Of a DNA stretch of 43,000 nt, positions 16,788-24,549 are shown piece after piece (the first letter of the stretch is position 1; every line of letters begins with the position of its first letter). The translations under genes were made by a program, and so were the position numbers. The notes beneath the pieces were generated by a model that saw only the letters and a list, made by a program, of their open reading frames with translations, searched no databases and had not been told where the DNA came from. Source of the DNA: Gaiellaceae bacterium (GTDB lineage Bacteria; Actinomycetota; Thermoleophilia; Gaiellales; Gaiellaceae). Location of the stretch: assembly GCA_045806365.1 (NCBI GenBank), contig JBJMJL010000030.1, positions 1 to 43,000 of the forward strand, in the 5' to 3' direction.

Positions 16788-17997
16788 GGGCGCCCACCGG
16801 TGCGCCGAGGCCGACCAGCTCGAGGATCTGGCGCGCACGGTGCGCGTACGTGTGCTCGTCGAGGACGCGCTCGCGTGCGCGTCGGCCCATCGCTTCGGCT
16901 GCGCCGGGATCGGCGAGCAGCTCGCGGTACGTCGCGAGCGCTTCCTCCGCGGACGAGACGACACGTACCTCCGAGCCGACGTCGAACCAGCGCTCGATCC
17001 CTTCATGCGGGTTCGACACGACGGCGGCGCCGCACGCAGCGAGCTCGAACGGCCTGCACGTCGACGATGCGTACACCGTCGCGTGAGACCGGCGCGTGAT
17101 GTTGAGATTGATGCGGGCGCGCGAGATCGCCTGGGCAAAGACGTTGAACGGCACGTCGCCGATCTCGCGCGCACTGCCGATGTCCCCGCGGAAATCCTCA
17201 CCGCCGACTGCGAAGCCGATGTCGGCATCGGCGCGGCTCGGCTCGCCGATCAGCGCCTGCATCCACTCGCGGCGGAACTTGTCGCCGTAGCCGTAGAAGA
17301 AGACGTCGTGCTCCTTCTCGACGGGGGCCGGCTGGAAGAGCTCCGGGTCGGCAGCCCAGAACACCGCCTCCGCGCGGCGCGCGCCGAGCTCGCGCAGGCG
17401 CTCGAGCCCGCCCTCGGAGTTCGACAGCACCAGGTCGTACTCGGACGGATCGGCACCGTGGTAGTAGTTGAAGCCGGTGTCCATGCCGCCGAACTCCGGC
17501 AGGCTCATCGGCACGTCGCCGTCGTAGAAGACGACGGGCACCCCGTACCGCTCGCGCAGATGCGTCGGAACGCCGCGCAGGTGCGCCATGGGCACGGTGA
17601 AGACGATCACGGCGGCGACATCGCGCTCACGCTCGAGGATGCGCTCGAGATGCCGCTGCCAGCGCGGCGTCACGTACCGCCAGATCGCCTCGCGGGTCAC
17701 CTTGTCGCCGAGTGTGTCCTCCGGCTGGGCCTCCGCGCGCCGCAGCAGCGTGTCGCCCTTCAGCCGCGCGGCGAATCCGCGCGCACCAGCGAACAGCTCG
17801 GCCTCGCGGTAGAGCGGGTTGGGCGCCGTCCGCCACCAGGGGGATTCGACCGCGCGTCCACGGTACGGCGTCACGATCAGGTCCGCGCCGACTTCGTAGA
17901 GCCCCTTCCAGATCTGCCACCACGCGGGCGTGCAGCCGTAGCGGAAGTCGAGGTCGGTCGCCGACGCGACAGCGAGGATCTTCGGCGCCGCGGCCAT
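16780..17997 (-). CDS. CgeB-like / Glyco_trans_1_2-type GT-B glycosyltransferase
   Basis: C-terminal pattern 'INLNITRRSHATVYASSTCRPFELAACGAAVVSNPHEGIERWF..GSEV' followed by 'RERVLDEHTYAHRA'. ATG at 17997; the 526-aa ORF-track version adds an Arg/Ala-rich extension over the upstream gene. Confidence 0.65.
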   Translation of the reverse strand: MAAAPKILAVASATDLDFRYGCTPAWWQIWKGLYEVGADLIVTPYRGRAVESPWWRTAPNPLYREAELFAGARGFAARLKGDTLLRRAEAQPEDTLGDKVTREAIWRYVTPRWQRHLERILERERDVAAVIVFTVPMAHLRGVPTHLRERYGVPVVFYDGDVPMSLPEFGGMDTGFNYYHGADPSEYDLVLSNSEGGLERLRELGARRAEAVFWAADPELFQPAPVEKEHDVFFYGYGDKFRREWMQALIGEPSRADADIGFAVGGEDFRGDIGSAREIGDVPFNVFAQAISRARINLNITRRSHATVYASSTCRPFELAACGAAVVSNPHEGIERWFDVGSEVRVVSSAEEALATYRELLADPGAAEAMGRRARERVLDEHTYAHRARQILELVGLGAPVGARG

Positions 17998-18011
17998 CCG
18001 GCTCAGTATGG

Positions 18012-18794
18012 CTACCGGGTCAGACTCTGCAGCTTCCGGGCGAAGCCGTTGAGGCCGTCCGAGCCGTTGACGCGGATGCGGCCGAGCGTGTAGGGATCGC
18101 GGGGCCGCGCGAGGTCGTAGTTGGTCGTCGTCGCACCGAGATACCCGGCGCGGCGCACGGCGGCGACCACGCGCGCGTCGTAGCGCCCCGACGGATAGCA
18201 GAAGAAGTCGACCGGCACGTGGAAGAGCCGCCGGAGCGCGATGCGCGAGCCGTGCACCTCGCGCCACAGCTGTGCGTCGCCGACGCGGGTGAGGTCGGGG
18301 TGCGTGATCGTGTGCGCGTCGAGCTCCCAGCCGGCGGCGAGCAGCTCGCGCACACGCCACGCGGGCATCGTGTACCGCGACTCGAGGGCGTTCACCTTCA
18401 GGTTCAGCACACCCGGCCAGTGGAGCCTGCGGAGGACCGGCAACGCATGCATGTGCTGGCCGAGCGTGCCGTCGTCGAACGAGAGCACGATCGGCTGAGA
18501 CGGGAGCGCCGCTCCACGCAGCCAGTACTCGTACACCTGATGCAGTGTCACGGCGTGGAAGCCGTGCGCCGCGAGCCAGCTCATCTGCGCGGCGAAGTCG
18601 GCTGGGCGCACGAAGAGCTCCGGAAGCGCGACCCTTGCGGGCGGCACCGCAATCACGTGGTACATGAGGATCGGCACCGGACGGTCGTGCCGCCGAGTGG
18701 CGGCGTTTCCGCCGACGCTTGTAAAGAGAAAGACAACTGCGGCGAGGATCGCCGTCGTGTGCGCTAGCGTGAGGCGGGGTCGTATGCGTCGCAC
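18012..18794 (-). CDS. Membrane-anchored polysaccharide deacetylase (CE4, NodB homology domain)
   Basis: 'IVLSFDDGTLG' (motif 1), 'DAHTITHPDL' (H-x-x-x-H motif 2) and 'FFCYPSGRYD'. The N-terminal anchor is 'TAILAAVVFLFTSVGG'. The start is uncertain: GTG at 18794 is chosen, and GTG at 18875 is possible. Confidence 0.8.
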   Translation of the reverse strand: MRRIRPRLTLAHTTAILAAVVFLFTSVGGNAATRRHDRPVPILMYHVIAVPPARVALPELFVRPADFAAQMSWLAAHGFHAVTLHQVYEYWLRGAALPSQPIVLSFDDGTLGQHMHALPVLRRLHWPGVLNLKVNALESRYTMPAWRVRELLAAGWELDAHTITHPDLTRVGDAQLWREVHGSRIALRRLFHVPVDFFCYPSGRYDARVVAAVRRAGYLGATTTNYDLARPRDPYTLGRIRVNGSDGLNGFARKLQSLTR

Positions 18795-20448
18795 AGTTCT
18801 CGTCGTCGTCCTCGTTGCGCTGCTGTTCGCGGCGCCGGCCGCGGCGCGGCCGACGCAGCTTATGCCGGGCGTCACCTACGAGCGCATTCTGCGGTGGACG
18901 TCGGCGGGCCCGATGGTGATGTACGTCGTCACGGCGCCGAAGCCGCTGGGGCTCTACTCGCTGACGCCGCTCCTCTCGAACGGAACGATCGTCGGGCGCG
19001 AGACGCTGTCATCCATGCAGCGGAGCGTTTCGGCGCAGATGACGACCGTCGGCGTGAACGGCGACTTCTTCCACTGGACCCGTGGCTGGCCTAGCGGGTT
19101 GCAGATTCGTTCCGGTGTCGTCGAGCATCAATCCGCGCTCGGCCGCGCTGCCGTCGGGATCGACACGAGCGCGATCTTGCACGCGGATCGCGTGCCGTGG
19201 TTTGCGCGGTGGCACGGGCCGGACAACGTCTGGTACCCGGTGTCGCAGCTCAACGAGTCGCCGCGCACCAACGCCGCGGCGCTGTTCACACCGGTCTGGG
19301 GCGACGTAACACCAAAGGTCAAAGGAACGACCGTCGTCCTCCAGCCGTTTCCGCCGACCGTGCCGCGCACGGATCTGGCCGGGACGGTCACGTCGATCCT
19401 GCCCGGCGCCAGTGTCGCCGTTCCCCCCGACGGCGCGGTGCTCGTCGCGCGCGGAACGGCAACAAGGCCGCTGCAGGCGCTGTCGCCGGGAACGCCGGTC
19501 ACCGTACGCATACCGCTGCCGAACGAGTGGGCTTCCGTGACGGGCGCCCTCAGCTCCGGGCCAACGCTCGTCAGGAACGGAAAACCGATCTTCAACGCGG
19601 GCGAAGCCCTGACGTACTTGCAGCTGCACGGTCGCAACCCGCGCACTGCGATCGGTCAGCGCGCGGACGGAGCGATCGTGATGGTCGCCGTCGACGGGCG
19701 TCGCCGCGGCTGGAGCATCGGGATCACGAACTGGGACCTCGCGCGGACACTCGTGTCGCTCGGCTGTGTCACCGCCTACGCGCTCGACTCCGGCGGGTCG
19801 ACGACGATCGCATTCGACGGCAAGGTGCTCAACCGCCCTTCCGACCCGTCCGGCGAGCGTCCTGTCAGCAACGCATTCGTGATCGCCTACACGGGCGTGT
19901 ACGCGCCTCCGGTCCCGTCGACACTCTCGCCGAACCAGGACGGTCTCGGCGACTTGGAGTCGCTCTCCTACAAGCTCGTTCGCCCGGCAACCGTGAGCGC
20001 GAAGGTGGTCGGTCCGGACGGGATCGCGCGCGAGCTCGACGCCGGGCTCAAGCAGCCCGGTCGCCACAAGCTCTCGTGGGACGGGCTCGGCGCGCCCGAG
20101 GGCCGCTACCACTGGAACGTCACCGCGACCGACGACGCCGGCCAGATCTCGAGCGACGATCGCGCATTCACGCTGGACAACACGCTCGGCTTCGTGCGCG
20201 TCGCACGGAATGCACGCCGCGTCGATTTCACGTTGACGCGCGCCGCCACCGTCCGCGTGACCGTCGAGACCGGCGCCGGCGGCATCCTGCGCACGCTCGC
20301 CGCCGGCGCGCGTCAGGCCGGCGCCGTCAGCGTGCTCTGGAACGGCCGTGACGGCCGCGGCAAGCTCGTCAGACGGGGCTTCGTCGTGCGTGTCGCGGCG
20401 ACGAGCCCGCTCGGACTGACGCAGCTGGTACGCAGGCCGCCGCGCTAG
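18784..20448 (+). CDS. Secreted phosphodiester glycosidase (NAGPA/DUF2233-like) with two C-terminal FlgD-Ig-like repeats
   Basis: Signal peptide 'MRRTVLVVVLVALLFAAPAAARP'. Family blocks 'GVNGDFF', 'RTAIGQRADGAIVMVAVDGRR' and 'AYALDSGGSTTIAF'. The C-terminal 'SPNQDGLGDLESLSYKL...HKLSWDG' pattern occurs twice. Confidence 0.8.
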   Translation: MRRTVLVVVLVALLFAAPAAARPTQLMPGVTYERILRWTSAGPMVMYVVTAPKPLGLYSLTPLLSNGTIVGRETLSSMQRSVSAQMTTVGVNGDFFHWTRGWPSGLQIRSGVVEHQSALGRAAVGIDTSAILHADRVPWFARWHGPDNVWYPVSQLNESPRTNAAALFTPVWGDVTPKVKGTTVVLQPFPPTVPRTDLAGTVTSILPGASVAVPPDGAVLVARGTATRPLQALSPGTPVTVRIPLPNEWASVTGALSSGPTLVRNGKPIFNAGEALTYLQLHGRNPRTAIGQRADGAIVMVAVDGRRRGWSIGITNWDLARTLVSLGCVTAYALDSGGSTTIAFDGKVLNRPSDPSGERPVSNAFVIAYTGVYAPPVPSTLSPNQDGLGDLESLSYKLVRPATVSAKVVGPDGIARELDAGLKQPGRHKLSWDGLGAPEGRYHWNVTATDDAGQISSDDRAFTLDNTLGFVRVARNARRVDFTLTRAATVRVTVETGAGGILRTLAAGARQAGAVSVLWNGRDGRGKLVRRGFVVRVAATSPLGLTQLVRRPPR

Positions 20449-20461
20449 GGCTCCGCGGGCG

Positions 20462-21934
20462 TCAGTACGCTCCCCGGCTGGCCAACACGGCCGGCAACGT
20501 CTTCGCGAGGATGGTGATGTCGAGCCAGATCGACCAGTTCTCGATGTAGTAGAAGTCGAGCCGGACGAGATCGTCGAAGCTGAGGTCGATGCGGCCCGAC
20601 ACCTGCCAGAGGCCGGTCATCCCCGGCAGCACGAGGTAGCGCTTGCGGTGCCAGGGCTCGAGCTGCTCGTAGTCGCGAATCGGCAGCGGCCGCGGCCCGA
20701 CGAGCGACATCTCGCCCCACAGGACGTTCAGCACCTGTGGCAGCTCGTCCAGCGAGAAGCGTCGCAACACGCGCCCGACACGCGTCACGCGCGGGTCGTC
20801 CTTGATCTTGAACAGCGGGCCCGATGCCTCGTTCGCGACTTCCAGCGCCGCCTGACGCGCTGCCGCGTCGGCATACATCGTCCGAAACTTCATCATCCCG
20901 AACGAGCGCTGCCCGAGGCCGATGCGCTCGTCGCGGTAGAACACCGGCCCGCGTGAGTTGAGCTTGATCGCCGCCGCGATCGCCGCCCACAGCGGCGACC
21001 CGACGACGATTACGAGCGCCGAGACGACGATGTCGAAGGAGCGCTTGACGGCCCACTCCCAGCCCGCGAGCGCCGGCGGGCGCAGCTCGAAGAGCGGCGC
21101 GCCTGCGCCGGGGATGTACTCGGCGCGCTGCAGCAGCAGCTCGGTCGTTCGCGGCGCGATCTTCACCTTCACGCCGAACCCGTGCGCGTCTTCCACCAGC
21201 TCCAGCAGCTGGCGCTCGGTGAAGCTCCCGTCCGCGACGATGAGCTCGTGCACGTCCTGGTCGCGCAGGACGAGCGGGACGGTGTCGAGCTCCGCCGGTG
21301 CGAGCGAGCGGACGAACTCGTACCTGATGCCGCTGCGCTCGGAGCCGAGCGTGCGGCGTAGCTCCGTCAGCTGCTCGCCGGCGCCGACGAGCACCGCGCG
21401 GCGCCGCACACCGGCGATGCGCAGGACGTCGCGCGTGAGCACGTCGTAGCTCGAGCGCAACAGCCCGATGAAGCACGCCGTCACCACCAGGGCCGTGGGC
21501 GTCAAGCCGTACGTCGTGAAGTGGTACCCCGTGCCGAGGCCGAACGCGAGCGTGATCAGCGCGACGAGGATCAGGGAGAACACGATCTGCCCGAGACCCG
21601 CGCGCAGCTCGCGCCGACGGTAAAGACCGCCGACCCAGAAGACCAAGACGGTGATCACCGTCAGGAACGGCAACCAGTCCGTCTCGGTGTGCCAGACGAT
21701 GCCCCACAGCGGCGGCCATTGACCCAGATACAGCTCGCGCAGGATCAAGGCGACATAGAGCCCGATCACGAGCCCGACGAGATCGAGCGTCACGAGTGCG
21801 GCGATGCTGACCAAGCGTCGGACGACCGCGACGAGCGTCGTGCGGGAGAAGATGTACGGCCGCGCCGACCTGATGTCCTCGACAGGAGGAGCCGGGCGCT
21901 CCTCCGCAGTCCGCGCCGCCGGCTTCGTGCTCAT
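20462..21934 (-). CDS. Polyprenyl-phosphate hexose-1-phosphate transferase (large WbaP/WcaJ/CpsE-type initiating enzyme)
   Basis: C-terminal bacterial sugar-transferase domain: 'KRSFDIVVSALVIVVGSPLW', 'KFRTM', 'DPRVTRVGRVLRRFSLDELPQVLNVLWGEMSLVGPRP'. The N-terminus carries TM segments and a central Rossmann-like region. Confidence 0.9.
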   Translation of the reverse strand: MSTKPAARTAEERPAPPVEDIRSARPYIFSRTTLVAVVRRLVSIAALVTLDLVGLVIGLYVALILRELYLGQWPPLWGIVWHTETDWLPFLTVITVLVFWVGGLYRRRELRAGLGQIVFSLILVALITLAFGLGTGYHFTTYGLTPTALVVTACFIGLLRSSYDVLTRDVLRIAGVRRRAVLVGAGEQLTELRRTLGSERSGIRYEFVRSLAPAELDTVPLVLRDQDVHELIVADGSFTERQLLELVEDAHGFGVKVKIAPRTTELLLQRAEYIPGAGAPLFELRPPALAGWEWAVKRSFDIVVSALVIVVGSPLWAAIAAAIKLNSRGPVFYRDERIGLGQRSFGMMKFRTMYADAAARQAALEVANEASGPLFKIKDDPRVTRVGRVLRRFSLDELPQVLNVLWGEMSLVGPRPLPIRDYEQLEPWHRKRYLVLPGMTGLWQVSGRIDLSFDDLVRLDFYYIENWSIWLDITILAKTLPAVLASRGAY

Positions 21935-21940
21935 CGGCGC

Positions 21941-21946
21941 AGTCTA
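21941..21946 (-). promoter_or_regulatory. Candidate -10 box TAGACT, 6 nt upstream of the PGT ATG (leaderless geometry)
   Basis: On the minus strand the sequence reads TAGACT-GCGCCG-ATG. Confidence 0.4.
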
Positions 21947-21972
21947 CTTCCGGGCTTTTCCGAGGCCCCGGC

Positions 21973-21978
21973 TACGCT
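21973..21978 (+). promoter_or_regulatory. Candidate -10 box TACGCT, 8 nt upstream of GTG 21987
   Basis: On the plus strand the sequence reads TACGCT-CCGTCGCG-GTG. Confidence 0.35.
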
Positions 21979-21986
21979 CCGTCGCG

Positions 21987-23234
21987 GTGAGCCGCCGCCT
22001 GTCGTATGCCGTGCTCGCGGTGATCGTCGCCGTTCCGCGCCTGATTGCACTCGGAGTCGAGCGCAGCGACATCCTCACTGCCTTCACCGACAAGAGCGAC
22101 GACTTCGCCCGGACGTTCATCGCCTCCGGGACGTACGGCTTCGTCGCGGGGCATCCGTCCGCATATACGCAGCCCCTGTACGGGTTCTTCCTCGTGCCGC
22201 TGTACTGGATCTTCGGTCGGCACTGGGAGGTCGTGGGGATCGCGCAGATCCTCGTCGCCATCGCGACGGCTTTCCTCGTGTACGAGATCGGCCGGCGCGT
22301 TGCGTCACCCGCAGTCGGGCTCGTCGCAGCCGCACTCGCGTCGCTGCACCCCTACCTCGTCTGGCACGACGTCCACCTCAACCGCGAGATCCTCGACCAC
22401 TTTCTCGCGGCCGCCATCGTGCTGCTGACGCTCGCCGTCAGCGCCCGGCCGTCCGCGCGGATCGCGGCGCTGCTGGGCCTCGCGCTCGGTCTCGGGATCC
22501 TGGGGAACGTGCGCCTGGCCGCGCTGCCACTACTCATCGCGGCATACGTCGTTGCACGGGTCGGCGTCGACCGGCGCGCTGCCGTCCTCGCGGTCGCGAT
22601 CCTCGGCGTCGCAGCCCTGACGGTGACGCCGTGGCTCGTGCGCAACCGCGTCTCGGTCGGCTGCGTCGCCGTGACCACGGACGGCCGCGCGCTCTGGAAG
22701 GCGAACAACGCGAACACCTACGACACGCTCACGCACGGCGGCTGGATCGACGCGGTCCCGCCCTATCCCGGCGCGCCGCCGACACCCGAGGACGTGTATG
22801 AGCGCTACCGGGCTACCGGCGTCTACACACCGGTGGACGAGTGCGCGCAGATGCGCTTCTTCCAGCACAAGGCGCATGCCTTCTGGTTCGACCATCCGGG
22901 CGAGAAGGCGAGGCTCGCGTTGCTCTCCGGACAGATGCTCTGGCAGCCGTCGGTCGTGGAAACGGGTGGGCGTCCGGGCGAGAACACCTGGCTCGACACG
23001 CTGCGGACGTCGAGCGAGCCCCTGTTCGTGGTCCCGCTCTACGTCCTCGCGGCCGCCGGCCTGTTTTTCGTGCCGCGCGCGTTCGCCGCGCTGACGCTGC
23101 TCCTGCTCGCGTATGAAACTGTCGTCGCGATGATCTTCGTCGGCGTGACCCGCTATCGCGTGCCGTGGGACTTCCTGCTCTGCATCCTCGCGGCAGCGGC
23201 CCTCGCGGTGCTCGCGCGACGCGTCCGTACGTGA
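21987..23234 (+). CDS. GT-C-like polytopic membrane glycosyltransferase (paralog A)
   Basis: About 10 hydrophobic segments. The first loop is 'AFTDKSDDFARTF..PSAYTQPLYGFFLVP'. The GTG start at 21987 gives an N-terminus that aligns with the paralog at 26371. Confidence 0.75.
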   Translation: MSRRLSYAVLAVIVAVPRLIALGVERSDILTAFTDKSDDFARTFIASGTYGFVAGHPSAYTQPLYGFFLVPLYWIFGRHWEVVGIAQILVAIATAFLVYEIGRRVASPAVGLVAAALASLHPYLVWHDVHLNREILDHFLAAAIVLLTLAVSARPSARIAALLGLALGLGILGNVRLAALPLLIAAYVVARVGVDRRAAVLAVAILGVAALTVTPWLVRNRVSVGCVAVTTDGRALWKANNANTYDTLTHGGWIDAVPPYPGAPPTPEDVYERYRATGVYTPVDECAQMRFFQHKAHAFWFDHPGEKARLALLSGQMLWQPSVVETGGRPGENTWLDTLRTSSEPLFVVPLYVLAAAGLFFVPRAFAALTLLLLAYETVVAMIFVGVTRYRVPWDFLLCILAAAALAVLARRVRT

Positions 23235-23857
23235 GCCTCGAAGACCTCAGCGACCGCTACGCAGAGCACAACCGCGCCGAGCGAGGGCGCGGCTTCGTGT
23301 TCGCGGGACCCGAGCGCCGTGCGCTGTTCCCGCGCTACGTCGGCGGGCCCGGCCGGCGCGTCCTCGACCTCGGGTGCCGTGACGGCGCACTCACGCAGGC
23401 GTATGCGAGCGGGAACGAGATCGTCGGCGTCGACGCCGACCGCGATGCCCTTGTGGAGGCGGAGAAGCTCGGCATCGAGACGCAGTGGGCCGACCTCGAC
23501 CAGCCGCTCGACTTCCCGGACGCGAGCTTCGACGTCGTCGTCGCCGGCGAGGTTTTGGAGCACCTCCGGGACCCGGCGCGCACGCTCGACGAGGCCCGCC
23601 GCGTCCTACGCCCCGGCGGCACGCTCGTCGGCTCCGTGCCGAATGCCTACCGGGTGAAGAACCGCCTCCGGTTCCTGGCCGGCCGCCGGCCCGAGGACGA
23701 CCCGACGCATCTGCAGATGTTCTCGCCTGACAAGCTGCGCGCGCTGCTCGCCGGCTTCGACGACGTCGAGTTGCACTTCGTCGCCGGTCGACTGGTGCCG
23801 CTTCAGGCGCGGCTGTTCGCGAACGACATCGTCTTCGTCGGGCGCAAACCGCGCTGA
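23231..23857 (+). CDS. Class I SAM-dependent methyltransferase (MetW-like)
   Basis: 'RVLDLGCRDGALT', 'DVVVAGEVLEHL' and 'LRPGGTLVGSVPN'. The GTG start lies in the GTGA overlap at 23231-23234. Confidence 0.85.
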   Translation: MSLEDLSDRYAEHNRAERGRGFVFAGPERRALFPRYVGGPGRRVLDLGCRDGALTQAYASGNEIVGVDADRDALVEAEKLGIETQWADLDQPLDFPDASFDVVVAGEVLEHLRDPARTLDEARRVLRPGGTLVGSVPNAYRVKNRLRFLAGRRPEDDPTHLQMFSPDKLRALLAGFDDVELHFVAGRLVPLQARLFANDIVFVGRKPR

Positions 23858-24549
23858 AGCTCGGCGAGGCTCGTCGCGGTCCGTTTCAGCGACAGGAACG
23901 TGAGACCGACCCGCAACGCCGCCGTCCGACGACGGTCGAGCAGATCGGTGTCGTGGAAGTACGCATGCACGACCTGACGCCGGAACGGCGCGAGCGCCCC
24001 GCGCGCGAGCATCCCGATCGAGTGAGTCGTCGGCAGCTCGAGCAGTCGCCGGCCGTCGCCGACGTCGAGCCAGGCGGGCTCCTCCAGCTGCAGGTGCGGC
24101 GCGCCCGGTTCGAGGTACGTGGGCCGGAACGCGGTCGCGGTGCAGTCGGTGTAGCCGAGATCGGCGACGGCGCGCGCGACGTCGGCGTCGAAATACCAGC
24201 CGCCTCCGCAGAAGAACTCCATCTCCAGCCCTGCCGCGCGCAGCCACTCGCCCTGCTCGCGCACGAGCGCCGCCGGATCGCCGCCGCTGGGCCGCGCGTG
24301 GTCCGGTGCCGTCCAGTGCGTGTGCAGCCCGAGCGGCGCCAGCGCCTGCGCCTCGCGCGCGCGCTCGAGCCAGAGCTCGGCGTCCTCGCCCGCGCCGGGC
24401 GGCCGCATCAGCGCGGCGATGGCGAACCGGCCCGGCCGCCGCCGCTGCAGCCGCGCGAAGCGTCGCCAGACCTCGTTGTCGAGCGGCCGTTCCACATGAC
24501 ACGAGACGACGGCATATCGCCCGTGCAGTATTGAGTCCGTGTGCGGCAT
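23803..24549 (-). CDS. Hypothetical protein, possibly a glycoside-hydrolase/deacetylase-type beta/alpha-barrel
   Basis: G/C-rich third positions throughout. The composition is not low-complexity. His-containing strands 'AVVSCHVERP' and 'LGLHTHW' are present. I recognise no family. Confidence 0.55.
   Translation of the reverse strand: MPHTDSILHGRYAVVSCHVERPLDNEVWRRFARLQRRRPGRFAIAALMRPPGAGEDAELWLERAREAQALAPLGLHTHWTAPDHARPSGGDPAALVREQGEWLRAAGLEMEFFCGGGWYFDADVARAVADLGYTDCTATAFRPTYLEPGAPHLQLEEPAWLDVGDGRRLLELPTTHSIGMLARGALAPFRRQVVHAYFHDTDLLDRRRTAALRVGLTFLSLKRTATSLAELQRGLRPTKTMSFANSRA

Noticed and set aside
18784-24549. Possible conserved motif shared by the two 11-bp head-to-head start overlaps (ATGCGTCGCAC at 18784 versus ATGCCGCACAC, the reverse complement of 24539..24549)
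   Set aside because: The resemblance is confined to the ATG/CAC ends imposed by the start codons plus GC-rich filler. It is too short to distinguish from chance.
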